From Octopus bimaculoides (lineage: Eukaryota), in contig NC_068993.1 of the NCBI RefSeq assembly GCF_001194135.2, positions 64,435,819-64,499,818 on the forward strand: DNA of 64,000 nt. The letters are read 5' to 3'. A program made the translations under genes and the position numbers. Numbering within the stretch: position 1 is the first letter of the stretch; every line of letters starts with the position of its first letter. The notes below the pieces were generated by a model. It saw only the letters and a list, made by a program, of their open reading frames with translations, was not told the DNA's origin and searched no databases. Positions 1 to 12,801 of the stretch are shown one piece after another.

Positions 1-275
1 AGAGAGAGCATAAATGGGATTAAAATTTTATCCACCAATGTTGATTGGATTCGTCGCACTTGCTGTATCATCTCACCTGTTTGATACCTGTTGAACACTT
101 TACGTGAAGACAATTTCTCATATATTATGATGTAATCTATGAATGCATCAATAAAGTTTTACCAAAACACCTGTCAGAAATTTGAAACACATCTTGTGTT
201 CTATTTCTTGTTGCTACCTGGAATCAACTCTGAGTCAGTTTAAATTGGGTTTGGTGCTTACATATCCTACCAACA
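1..275 (+). mobile_element. Possible 3' (R-U5) end of an LTR or solo LTR, running off the window start
   Basis: AATAAA at 150-155, then about 120 nt of non-repetitive sequence ending ...CCAACA at 275, the typical LTR 3'-CA end. No PBS follows and no second LTR copy is in the window. Confidence 0.3.
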
Positions 276-390
276 CTTGATACGTTTATTAGTTTACCCC
301 ACTATGAACCCTATCTTATTGTTCCTAACTATATCTGCCCCCCCCCTGCATGTTGATCTGCCTTGGTTCTATCAAATCCTATACATATAT

Positions 391-741
391 ACTCTTTTAC
401 TTGTTTCATTTGACTGCGGCCATGCTGGAGCACCGCCCTTAGTCGAGCAAATCGAACCCAGGACTAATTCTTTGGAAGCCTAGTACTTATTCTATCGGCC
501 TCTTTTGCCGAACCGCTAAGTTACGGGGACGTAAACACACCAGCATCGGTTGTCAAGCGATGTTGGTGGTGACAAACACAGACACGCAAACATATACACA
601 CACATACATATACACATATATATACATATATACGACGGGCTTCTTTCAGTTTCCGTCTACCAAATCCACTCGGTCCGAGGCTATAGTAGAAGACACTTGC
701 CCAAGGTGCCACGCAATGGGACTGAACCCGGAACCATGTGG
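391..741 (-). mobile_element. tRNA-derived SINE, family A (5'-truncated, internal CA/TA microsatellite)
   Basis: Near-identical to the copy at 59292-59687 and to fragments at 3626, 21566, 55830, 57245 and 59168. The minus strand has the B-box-like GGTTCAGTCC, a central CCTTGGGCAAGTGTCTTCTACTATAGC block and a 3' tail GCCGCAGTCAAATG..AAACAAGTAAAAGAGT. Confidence 0.9.
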
Positions 742-814
742 TATATATATATCGGTACTTCATAAATCTGAAAAGAGAAACATTTTAAAATTTTAGAGCA
801 GTAATACTTAAAAA

Positions 815-934
815 GTTGTTGGATATGGTGAGTCTGCCAGTGACGATTGGTTTCGTACATTTAACGTTCATACGGCTAAGAACTTTGAAGGTGCGAAACC
901 AATGATCACTCGCAGACTGACCATAATTAACAAC
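815..934. other. Imperfect inverted repeat (about 120 nt hairpin, 10-nt loop)
   Basis: 825-869 ATGGTGAGTCTGCCAGTGACGATTGGTTTCGTACATTTAACGTTC vs the reverse complement of 880-924, ATGGTCAGTCTGCGAGTGATCATTGGTTTCGCACCTTCAAAGTTC: 37/45 identical with no gaps. Pairing extends to 815/934 with G:U pairs. Confidence 0.9.
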
Positions 935-960
935 CTGTAACGTGTGTGTGCGTATGTGAG

Positions 961-1097
961 GGTGCATGGCTTAGTGGTTAGGGTGATAGACTCATGATGC
1001 TAAGATTGTGGTTTCGATTTCTAGACTGGGCGGCGCATTGTGTTCTTGAGCAAAACACTTCATTTCACGTTGCTCTACTCCACTTAGCTGGCAAAAA
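961..1097 (+). mobile_element. tRNA-derived SINE, family B, 5' portion
   Basis: A-box-like TGGCTTAGTGG and B-box-like GGTTTCGATTTC, followed by TGTGTTCTTGAGCAAAACACTT...CACTTAGCTGGCAAAAA, which matches the head of the 6412-6734 copy. Confidence 0.8.
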
Positions 1098-1125
1098 ACG
1101 TCCAGTTTCCCGGTTTCCGAGATGC

Positions 1126-1172
<47 letters not shown>

Positions 1173-1844
1173 TGACGGAAACCAAGAGACTGACTTTTAT
1201 GAATCTATATGACCCAGGAAGAAACTTACTTTTTATACACACACACGCACGCACGCGCGCGTATACATATGCATATATACTTACATACATCTGGTGAGAT
1301 GGACTTGCTTATGCGCCCACAAAACAATCAGTCATATGGGACTGAGTCGAACAGTTATCAAAAATACGTGTGTGGGTGTGTGGGTGTGTGTGTTACACAT
1401 CTCAGATCTTAGTTTCTTTCTATTCTTCCAATGACAATCATCACCATAACCATATTTCTCTAGCTCTGCCACATCATTCTTTTATTCTTATAACTTTCTC
1501 TCTACCTCATCCCTCATCCTCTATTTCTCTGTGTCTTTTTCAATATAACAACAGCCAAACCTTTCGCCATATGAAGTTCATTTCATTTCACATCCACCCG
1601 GTTCCAAATTCAATTCCACAGAACGCCAGTCAACTTGAGCATTTGCAGTGCAGCCTCCGATTCAACAAGTGCTTATGAATAGAATTAAGTGCACGGTCAT
1701 TGTATGCAAAGCCTGTATATATATATACAGAGAGAGGGGGGGGGAGAAAGGAGGGGGAGATACATTCACATATATATATATATATTCACACACACAGTGA
1801 ATTATATATGTAAATGTATAGGTGTGTGTGTGTGTGTGCTTGTG

Positions 1845-1918
1845 TTGTGCATTAGCTTGACGCTCAGGAAGGTGAGAAAGTCCTTTACGTTTCGAGCCTA
1901 CGCTCTTCAACAGAAGGA
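1845..1918 (-). mobile_element. Penelope-like-element-derived repeat carrying a hammerhead-like motif (copy 1)
   Basis: Reverse complement TCCTTCTGTTGAAGAGCGTAGGCTCGAAACGTAAAGGACTTTCTCACCTTCCTGAGCGTCAAGCTAAT is homologous to 18294-18362. The motif layout resembles the minimal hammerheads described in PLE terminal repeats. Confidence 0.6.
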
Positions 1919-2087
1919 GAGAGAGAGAGAGAGAGTGTGTGTGAGAGAGAGAGAGAGTGAGAGAGAGAGAGAGAGAGAGATGTGATATATATGCATATAT
2001 GTGTGTGAGTGAGTGTTTATAAATAGATAAACAGATAGATAGATGTATATGCACACACACACACATATATATACGTACGTATCTATG

Positions 2088-2124
<37 letters not shown>

Positions 2125-3625
2125 GTAGTATGTATGTATATATATATATATGCATATATATAGAGAGAGAGACACATACATATATACAAACATATAATTA
2201 GAAACACAGACACATAGACAGACAAGCAGACAGACAGACAAGCAGACAGACAGATAGATAGACAGACAGATAGATAGACAGACAGACGTAACAGCTGTGA
2301 GGATATCACATGCACAGCAATGGGACGAGAATACGCAATGCCGGCAAGCGAAGCTCCTGCTTGTATGTAATCCTGGTAGAAAGAGTTACCAAGCTGCCCT
2401 CAAAACACCGCCCTGTTGTCCTGGAACTACGCTACAAGTAATATTGCACAGACACACACACACACACGCGCGCGTGCACCCCTTCACTCCCACCCCGCTA
2501 CACACACATAGAGACACACAGGCATGCCCTCTAACACACACGCACACATACAAACTCACCCATAGATAAACACGCGCGCGCGCATAGAAGAAAACATGCA
2601 TTTCACAGGCACCGACACACGGACACAGCCATAAATACACACATACAGCAATGAGACTGAATTACAGCGAAAACATGCTACTTATCACGCACACAAATGC
2701 ACAGTCAGCCTCTTACGCACACACGCACGCACGCACACACACACACACACACGAGATACACAGCAGTTACACACATACACACACACACACAGATACAAGT
2801 TCACATACATACACACATACACACACACACACACACACACAAACACTTGTGAGATATACAGATATGCAGCAGTCACACACACACACACACATAACACACA
2901 CACACACACAGACATACACACACGCACACGCAAACCACTGCCAAATTTCAAGGACGCCTCTTCCATGAACGAAATGATCAATTCAACTCGTCTGATGCTA
3001 ACACTCCTACTCTCACTCACTCCTCCCCTTCAATACACTCACACCTACCCCCCTTCCTTACTTCTACATTACCAAATGCAGTCCCCCCCCCTCTTATCCC
3101 GTTATAGACTTTCCATCTTACTCTCTCCCCTTCATTCTCCTAGAGAAAGACACAGAGTGATTCTCAATAGTTTCTCCTTTTCTCTCTCATAAGGGGGAAT
3201 CGACCGCGTGGTTAGAAAGTTCGTAATCCCCGTGCGGCAAGTTCAAAGTCAGTCGAAGACATCTTTACCTCCATCTTTAAATACAGTAGCAGCATTATTG
3301 TAAAAATGTTCTTCTTCACTTCTCTTTCGTAAAAGCCCACAAAACTGAATACGAAAAGTGGTTTTAATTTCCTTGCGTCAAGCATGTGTGTTTGTGTATG
3401 TATGCACATTTGCGTGTGCATATGTTTGTATGAATGCGTACATGAGTGCATTTGTAGATTGTATGAGTGTATGAATGTATATTTAAGTTTATGAATCTAT
3501 GTTAGTGTATGTAACTATGCGTATTTGTGTGAATGTGAAGTACGTGAACGTTCTGTATGTGTGCATGTAGTTTTGTAGATATCAGTGCAATATCTACGGA
3601 ACAAAAAACAGTGAAGCGCAACTTC

Positions 3626-3794
3626 GCCAAGTGCTTTCTACTATAGTCTCGGACAGACGAAAGCCATGTGAATGGATTTAGTAGACGGAAACCGAAAGAA
3701 AGTACTGAGGTCGATTCATTCGACTAAAAATGCTTCAAGGTGGTGCCCCAGCATGGTCGCAGTCTCATGACAGATAAAAGATTTAAAAAAGAGA
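3626..3794 (+). mobile_element. SINE family A fragment with internal deletion
   Basis: GCCAAGTG..TTCTACTATAGTCTCGG...GTAGACGGAAACCGAAAGAA is joined directly to the 3' block GGTCGATTCATTCGACTAAA..GGTGGTGCCCCAGCATGGTCGCAGTC. Confidence 0.75.
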
Positions 3795-4160
3795 CAATAT
3801 CATCCGAAATAAAAAAAAAAAAACACTGTCCTGCAAGTCACACTTGTTACAGAACACATTACATGAACATCAAGATAAGAAATGTTAGTAGGACAATTCC
3901 CATGAAAACTTGTACCAGTTTGTAAATGCAGCAAGTGGGATAGCTGTTTGCGACAGAAAACAAAGTATGTAGCGTTATAGAGATCAGCTGTTTAGTTAAC
4001 CGGAACACCTCTTAGAAAATCAAAGAGAGAGAAAGAGTAAGCATCAACATCTGCTTCGAAGCTTTATTCACATTTGTACTCTGTGGTACACGTGGTATCC
4101 CTAATAAATGTCAAAGCAATAACTTGAAAAAAAACAGGGGTTTTCAGAAATAGCACTCAC

Positions 4161-4226
4161 TCAGCTAACTCGTCATTATGTGACATTGTTTTCTCATCTA
4201 CTTTCCAACGACGGAGCTTTGTACAT
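4161..4226 (-). other. Candidate 66-nt internal exon (gene unknown)
   Basis: Minus strand: CTGACTAATTTTTAACACAG| exon |GTGAGT. Only the phase-2 frame is open (CTKLRRWKVDEKTMSHNDELA). No protein family recognised. Confidence 0.3.
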
Positions 4227-4820
4227 CTGTGTTAAAAATTAGTCAGTCACTAATTTAACTAATTAAAAACAGCAGTGAACATACGCACATACATAAAAGG
4301 CACATGCATGTACATACAGACAAACAGACAGACATGCATACACCCATTCAGTAACATGCACACGCATACGTACATACCTACATGCATACAATACATACAT
4401 GCATGCACATACATACATACATACATACATACATACATGCATGCATCATATATAATTGATGTCTCAATCCCCCTGAAAGAATTTTGTTTGTTGCTTGGAG
4501 AGAAGCTCTTTTCCTAAGCAGAAATTTGTAAAATGAAACCAAGACAATTATACAAATGTGAACGTTTCATACATTAAAGTACATTTTTCAAGATTATCAA
4601 TTTATCATCTAAAAGTAAGAAACAGTTCCAAAACACCTCTTAATGAAGTGCTTCAACTCCCGGGTTGTGATCAAAAATATAGATTAAATAGTTGTGCACA
4701 GTTTTACACTTGATTGGAGACTGTCTAAAACTGTTGTTTCTCTACTGTGTTCCAGTTCAACATGATCTTGTGTTAAGACAATATTCTGTCCCTTAGGAGA
4801 AATATATTTCTTTTTGTGAG

Positions 4821-4890
4821 TACGTGGTCTGATCAATAAGTATCCAGACTGTTGCCATAGTAACGCGGCTAAAGCACACAAAGTAAAGCC
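4821..4890 (+). mobile_element. Tc1/mariner-like terminal inverted repeat and subterminal sequence (single end)
   Basis: Starts TACGTGGTCTGATCAATAAGTATCCAGACT, resembling mariner termini of the TA+CGAGG..TGATCAA.AAGT type. No partner end found in the window. Confidence 0.55.
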
Positions 4891-6308
4891 TTATAGACCT
4901 TCAGCTCTCCGACGTACTTAGCGCTTCGATCAACTCGCCTCCTTTTCTTAGAATACAATAAGGAAACCAACAAAAGGTCAACAGGCAATTGCTTCACCGT
5001 TATTGTCGTCTCTGTTCAGCACTGAAACTTTAGTTCTTTCGTCTGTTTTTATTTTTACAGGAAAATTCAAAATATAAAATGAAATATGCACACATGCATA
5101 TAGTCACATATGCTCATAAACATGCATAGCTACCCCTCTCTACCCAGGGTATACCCTGTCCCTCTCTCTATATATTTCAACTTTACTTTATTTCGTCTAG
5201 AGACTGCCCAAAATACTTACCCAGACTTTCCTCCCTAGAGCTGCAATCTTGTTAAGTTTGTTTGCCGTCCTCGCTTTTCTTGCAGAAGTTTGACCGACAG
5301 ACGACATTCAAGAGGAATGTCTGTAGGTCACAGGTACTGCCATCAAAGGTCATAAGTGCCTGCCCTGAGAGTCACAGATACTTGATCTCAGACATCACGC
5401 GTACTTTACTTGAGGATTTATAAACGTTTTCTCCCAAAGGTCATAAATAATTACCCATCATCCTCTTCTAGAGCTATTTTTTAAAAAGTACATTATAATA
5501 TGGGCCCAAACATAGTCTTGTTAATAAGAATTTCGGTTCTCCTTGGCTCTGTATTTGATTCCTCTGCGTAGCAGACACATTGGCTGAATGTGCTTTGTGT
5601 AGCCTAATATTTTGTGAATGGAGTTTCAAAAACAGGGTCCACGTTCGAACCGGTCTTATGTGTGCTTCGTGTTGTGAGTCTTCTTTCAAGACGTCCAACA
5701 TCGCCATGAATAGAACTGTTCCCTTTCTGGGACTTCGCTTGCCATTTGATTAAGGGCGAAAATCGCGCTGGAATGTAACTTGAGTCGTGACAAAGGAATT
5801 CAATATAAAGTCATTTACTTTTCAATATATATGTTAGATTTTCTCTCCCTCATTTCTTGGATCAAAGTCAACACATGAGTGTGAGTGAGTGAGTGAGTGA
5901 GTGAGAGTAACTGAGTGAGTGTGTGTATGTGTGTGCGTGTGTGTTTGTATTTATGTCATTTTTTAAAGTCAAGATCAACTGCGGTCGAAAAGATGACTAT
6001 CTCTTCTTTTCAAACAATGTCATTTACAACAGGTCATTCCATTGCTCCAAAAATGGTGAAATGGAAGTTTGTGAAGAAGTTTGACTGCTATTTCTAGCAA
6101 CTTGAGTAACCGAGGACCACCTAATCTCTAGTTGCTTGTGTATGTGTCTTGCAGCTTGTGCATGTGAATAAGTTAATATATGTTAATGTGGGTGTATGTT
6201 AGCGTGAGTTAGTGTATGTGCGTGTTTGTGTGTGTGTGTGTGTATGTATGCTTATGTATTAGAATGTATTAGTGTCAGGGCATACAACTATGCGTTACCA
6301 TTGTTGTA

Positions 6309-6392
<84 letters not shown>

Positions 6393-6411
6393 AGAGAGAG
6401 AGAGAGAGAGA

Positions 6412-6734
6412 GGAGAGCACTCTGTCGGTTACAACAACAAAAGTCCCAGCTGATACGACCAACAGAACAGTTTGCTCGTGAAATGAACATACAAGTGGCT
6501 GAGCACTCCACAGACACATATACCCCTTAACGTAATTCTCAGGGAAATTCAGCGTGACACAGAGTGGGTCAAGGCTGGCCCTTTGAAATACAGGCACTAC
6601 TCATTTTTGCCGGCTAAATGGACTGGAGCAGTGTGAAATAAAGTGTCTTGCTCAAGGACACAACGCGTCGCCGGGAGTTGAACTCACGACCTTACGATCG
6701 TGAGCCGAATGCCCTAACCACTCAGTCACGCACC
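6412..6734 (-). mobile_element. tRNA-derived SINE, family B, full-length
   Basis: Minus strand starts GGTGCGTGACTGAGTGGTTAGGGC (A box) ... GAGTTCAACTCC (B box), then a TGTGTCCTTGAGCAAGACACTTT central block, and ends in an AG/TA microsatellite tail. Confidence 0.9.
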
Positions 6735-6785
6735 TTCACACACACACACACACACACACACACGGCCAGACAGATAGATGTGTAT

Positions 6786-6882
<97 letters not shown>

Positions 6883-7288
6883 TAGATGTGTATAAACATA
6901 CACACACATACACGCGCGCACACACACTGTATATATATATGTCTTATCTTCCTGTTGGTTTGTTTCCTCTCTGGCTTTAGTCTTCTTTGCAATGATATTC
7001 TGGGAATCTTTGATCTGGTCAGTTCAACCAACAGATTTTAATATTTAGTGCATATATACATATGCGTGTGTATAAATATATATGCATGCAACTCTCTTTT
7101 CCTCTTTTAATCCCTTTATATCAATGGACGCACAAACCCGGACAAATACTGTAACGCTCAATTTAAACGTCTCTCTATACAACTGTCTATATGTCCATCC
7201 TTTTATCTTTCCATATATTTACCTCTCCGCCCCCTGTATTTATATATGTATATGTGTGTGTGTCTGTGTATGTTTATATTTATATATG

Positions 7289-7328
<40 letters not shown>

Positions 7329-8531
7329 CATATATATATANNNNNNNNNNNNNNNNNNNNNNNNNNNNNNNNNNNNNNNNNNNNNNNNNNNNNNNNNNNN
7401 NNNNNNNNNNNNNNNNNNNNNNNNNNNNNNNNNNNNNNNNNNNNNNNNNNNNNNNNNNNNNNNNNNNNNNNNNNNTATATATGGTCGTAGTGGTTGTCGT
7501 CGTCGTCGTTTTAATTATGCAACTTTGCCGAGGCCATAAATGTTCTTTTTATATATGTGTAAGGCTGCTGGAACGAAGGTAAGACAATTGCTGTGCGGAT
7601 GATGCCGTTTGAGATAAAAGCACAGATGCATAGCTTTCCTCACATCATCATACAATGAGACCGTCCACTCAGGATAATTCATGATTCTTCAGATTGACTC
7701 CTCTTCTCTTTCAAGCGAAGATGATTTCAATGAATCAAAAAGGATCTTTCATAATTTTGAATAAACTTTTACTCGTGTCTGTTGTTCAAATTCCTGCAGC
7801 TATGGTCATTAAGCGATCGTTCGGATGCTTATTTTTGTTAACGTCCAGAATAATAACAGCGAAGAAGACATTTGTTGATAGAAAGATGTTTTGTTTTTGT
7901 GGATGTATTTTAATGGTTACAATGTCAACAAGTCTTAATTGCTTTCATGGGAATTCGGTGAAGAGATGAGTAAAACAACAAACCAAATCATTAGATACAT
8001 TACAAAACCTGTTTAGTGGGAACTATGTGTGTATATATCAAGATGTCTGTAACTGTAATTGGTCTTGCGATTTATTTCAAGTCAACACGTCTGGGTGGTG
8101 GTTGCACCTATAATTAGAAATATTTTGGTGAGAAAGCTGCGATTTTACTTTCAAAAACTTTAAGATTTGCTAATGTTTGCATTCAAATCTCTGTATTGAA
8201 AAAGCGATTTTAAAATTGCGTCTTGAGTAGCTTCTTGTAATTTATGGTTTGCAAGGAATGGTTTCAGTAGGATTTCGGAAGAAAAAAAAGCAAAACAAAA
8301 CACTTTTAGCTACTGGTGTTAATGTGCTGTAAAGTAAATGGCTGTTATTTCAAACACTTTGTGAACACACCCATGTACACACATGTATACAGCCATCACA
8401 CTCACATACCTTATACAACCAAATCTTCAAATATTCTTCCTTCGAATCGTTTCAGCATTTATATTAATTCTTACATAAAGGTATTCATCGGACTCTTGAA
8501 ATAGCTTTTCTCTTCTATTGTGTATGTGTGA

Positions 8532-8643
<112 letters not shown>

Positions 8644-9291
8644 TGTGTATTTATGCATATACATACCTACATTATTATCTGTTATTGCTATCCGATCGGG
8701 TGACCAGTGACCAGACAGTATCCTTGAAATCGTCCAAGTTAAATAAAAACTTTGCCTTGCCTTGGGTTCTCAAGCCCAATGGAGTGGCAGAGATGGCTTT
8801 ATGAGACACGGTGTGTCTTTGACATTTTAATGCTGGTTGAGTCCATTGGTTTCCAGGTGTGATCTCAGCCAACATCTTTCGGAAGGATGGGGATGGGGAA
8901 GCGAGGGTGGGCAGAGAATGAAGTCTACTACTTGGCTGCTACTTCATTTATCTACAAAGAAACAATAAAAGGTAAAATTGACGTTAGAATGTATCAAACT
9001 CAGAGCAGAGAGTGGATGCAACGAATACTGCAAGTTCTTCCATGCAAATTTCCAGCCACTCTGACACTTCACCTCCTTTAATTATGTTAATTCTGATTAG
9101 TTATTCATTTCTAAATTAGTGGACAATAGTATCCTTGCTTAAAGAATCCCAACTGAAACAGATTCATCAATGATTCACTACGTTTCTGGCGGCGATGACG
9201 ACAAAGGACTGACTGCACTTCCATGCCGAAGAAATATCACGCAGTCTATTTTACTTCCCAACTGCTGGTCTTTGCAGTAAACTGACATACA

Positions 9292-9337
<46 letters not shown>

Positions 9338-9385
9338 TGTTTGTGTGTTTGTGTGTGTGTGTGNNNNNNNNNNNNNNNNNNNNNN

Positions 9386-9423
<38 letters not shown>

Positions 9424-9736
9424 TATATCCATACATATATGTACATACCTACATCTATATGTATACATACATGCATATATGGGTACAGGACATAAAAAAA
9501 ATCCTTAAACACAATGAGAAACGAAAACAGAAAGCGAACGTTTTTCGAACAACGAACAAAACAAACGCGTTTCGAAGGCAAGGACAATACGCGACTTCGT
9601 TGGAACAGTCCTTCCCGCAAAGCAAATTAAATAAAATTTATATATATATATAGATTCAGATGAATATGGTACTTAAGTTCAGGCCCAAGAATTTAGTACG
9701 GTATTATCTATACAATTTCAAAGTAAGGTGATTAAA

Positions 9737-9797
9737 ATCAAAATAAGCAACAAGGATATCTAGAGGTATCCTGGATATCCTTGTTGCTTATTTTGAT
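9737..9797. other. Perfect 24-bp inverted repeat (61-nt hairpin)
   Basis: ATCAAAATAAGCAACAAGGATATC (9737-9760) is the exact reverse complement of 9774-9797. Three more pairs (U:G, A:U, G:C) close a 7-nt loop. Confidence 0.95.
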
Positions 9798-11799
9798 ATA
9801 TATACATACACACACATATATACATACACACACACACATATATACATACACACACACACACACATATATACATACACACACACGCACACATATATACATC
9901 CACCACACACACACATATAATCACCAAAAACCTGAAGCCAATGGCAAAATCTAGCAGTATCCTTACATATAACCCTCATCTCCTGCATGCACTCAGTAAC
10001 CTGAATTGTTGCTACCACAACAAAGTGACCTAACCTCCCCAACCCAACACACTGTCACACACATCCCAATGTCCACCACTTTATCTCTCCATCCTTTCTC
10101 TACCCCCACCACACACGCATTGTCTATCAGTAGCCACCCCATCTGTACAAACATCACCGGTTTTACTATTAATGCCATCTCTGTACGTTGATAAGCAAGT
10201 ATCACCACCACCAGCCAAAAGCAGTCTCCCCCCCACACCACCGCTCTCGTCAACCACCAGCCTAAGCTCTCTCACCAGTATAATGAGAACCGTTACCATC
10301 GTTCGTTGATATCCATAATTGAACCCACCTGGTATCATGGCTCTGATAAAAATCAGTCTACTTCAACTGTTGATTTCAAATTCTCACTAAATCACAAATT
10401 CTTCCTGTGATAATCTGTGTCCGCTGAAGTCCAAGTTGGGTAGCCTATACTATAGAATTTATTTGACTTGCAATAAATTCTTTTCAATTTAAGAAGTTGT
10501 CTCTTCCAGTCTTTTCTCTCATAGTATTTCTATCTTTCGTCCACACCCTATACTTTTGTTCTTCCAACACATCACCTCTCTAACACCCACTCATTATTGT
10601 AAAGTTCTTTCTTATTCTCTCTTACTTGTACTCTATCTTATACCTTTATTGGCTTTCTTCCATCCCTTTCTTAATCTCACCATACGTTTTTGCCTGATTA
10701 CTCGTCCCGCTTGCTGGCAGATGGCAGGCTATTTCTCATCCTCATTCACTGAAAAATTTTCTGCTTTTGCAATCCACGTCTGTGTAGAATACAGTCCTTC
10801 CCTCTTTCCCAGTCTCTTCTCTTTCCACCTTGCTATAGCGTGACAGAAATGGGAAACCAGTATTGCTAATTTATACTATTAATTATGTCACAAAGTCAGC
10901 CATAATTTAGAATTTAGAATTCTATAGAATTTTCGTTTATAAAGAAATTATTTATGTACATGTATATTTAAGTTAATTCTATGTTAATATTCGACAAAAA
11001 AAAATTGTACATATTACATTACAAATTGCGCTATATTACATTTCACTGATAACTAATATGTAGCATTTGGGAATTGAACTTATATCCTTTAGTTAACTGC
11101 AAATCGATTTACATTAGCAAGACCTGTATTATCTTGCATGTGTACACGATAAGTACCGGTCGTGTATATTTATTCGGCTGGTTATTTTTCGCTAGCCGGG
11201 CAATCCTTCAGGTTCGACCTGTCAAAATTACACACGATTTTCAATTTGGTTCAAGAAGTCATTTTTGGCAAAGGGATATAGTGATGCTTGTTCTGGTGAC
11301 CTTGTCACTGGTTCACACGATTTCAAGAATGTGTTTTGGCATCTCCTCAGCGTTTTTTCTCATTTTAGTTATAATTACATAAACTAGAATTTTAAGCAGA
11401 GTGCATCCGTTTTGCTAATAATGTTTTTTGTCCGGTGAACGCAAAGCTGCGAATATTATGCTTCTGAAGATCGAAAATTGCACCTTAATTTTAAACGGAA
11501 CTGAGAGAACACAAGTTGTTAGATAAAGTCACTGCAAAACATGTCAGCAAAAATTGGCCAAATACCAAGGAATTTTGGACGGGATGAATAGTAATAAATA
11601 TTTGTTTGTATGTTATGATATCAAGTTTAAAAAAGTGGGGACACTGTATGGTAAAGTAAATCATATTTTGAGTAAAGACTACTTGGTAATATTTTGGTCT
11701 CCTCTAAAGCTGCGAGTTGACAGAATCGTTAACACGCCGCCAAAATTCTTAGCAGCCTTTCATCCGTTTTTACGTTCTGAATTCAAATTCCTCCAAGGT

Positions 11800-11922
11800 T
11801 GACTTTGTCTTTCATCCTTTCGGGTTCGATAAAATAAGTACCAGTTATGCACTGAGGTCAATGTAATCGACTTACCCTCTCCCACAATTTTTCTGGCGTT
11901 GTGCCAAAATTTGAAACCAGTA
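11800..11922 (+). mobile_element. SINE family C, 3' portion
   Basis: GACTTTGTCTTTCATCCTTTCGGGTTCGATAAAATAAGTACCAGTT..ACTGAGGTCAATGTAATCGAC. Degraded relatives occur at about 8970-9030, 13090-13185, 26900-26975, 32270-32355, 54355-54440 and 59880-59950. Confidence 0.65.
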
Positions 11923-12711
11923 TTTTTGGCCTTCTAGAGGCGCAGATGTAAGCCGTGAGGTTAAACCATTTACTCGGCAACCATATGTCAAATGCATTCA
12001 ACCTGCAGTGTGATCAGATTCAGAGGAGAGCTTCTGAGTTGCTAGGAACTGTATTGATGCAACGGATACAGTTTGTATATAGTTTGAGAGCAAGATTTTC
12101 CTGAAAATTCCAGCAAATGTGTAAAATTACATTTATGCATGTTAATGCTCAGTTATTTATCGTGCCATTCTTCACTTATTCTCCTTTCAATATTTGATGT
12201 TTATCTTAAAGAAAGAAAAAAGAAACAATAAAAGCCATTTTATTTGAATATCCGTCTGCTAGCATCATCGACTTGAGTGATGTTTCTTCGAAACATCTTC
12301 CATCTTCAATCATACAAATGCAAATTGAAGTTGGAAACATTTTCAGCCCGAGACTACGAGCGAATGTTGCTTACGTGTCGCAGATCGATGGCTGTTATTC
12401 CATTTGTTCTTTTTATTCTCGTTTAGCCTCCAATTGTAAGCCTCATTGATCCAATGGATTCAAGCCGTGACAAGCTCGTTTCTTTTCATATCAGGAACTA
12501 CCATATTGTCCAATATGTTCTTCACTCTTTTCAAGCAATAGAACTTTCCTCTTTGGTTCTATCTCTGACCAAATTTTCCAAATACCCATCGATGTGCAAA
12601 AGTTGAAGGGGAATGTCGGTGCTGACAGTTTCAAATATTTATGGCACTTATGTTACCATTCTTCTTTCTTCTCCATATATGTGTTACAGTTATTGTTCAC
12701 TGCTTTTAGGA

Positions 12712-12753
<42 letters not shown>

Positions 12754-12763
12754 NNNNNNNNNN

Positions 12764-12801
<38 letters not shown>

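Noticed and set aside
7564-7578. 15-nt plus-strand microexon before AAG|GTAAGA
   Set aside because: The acceptor is a weak AAG without a proper adjacent pyrimidine tract.
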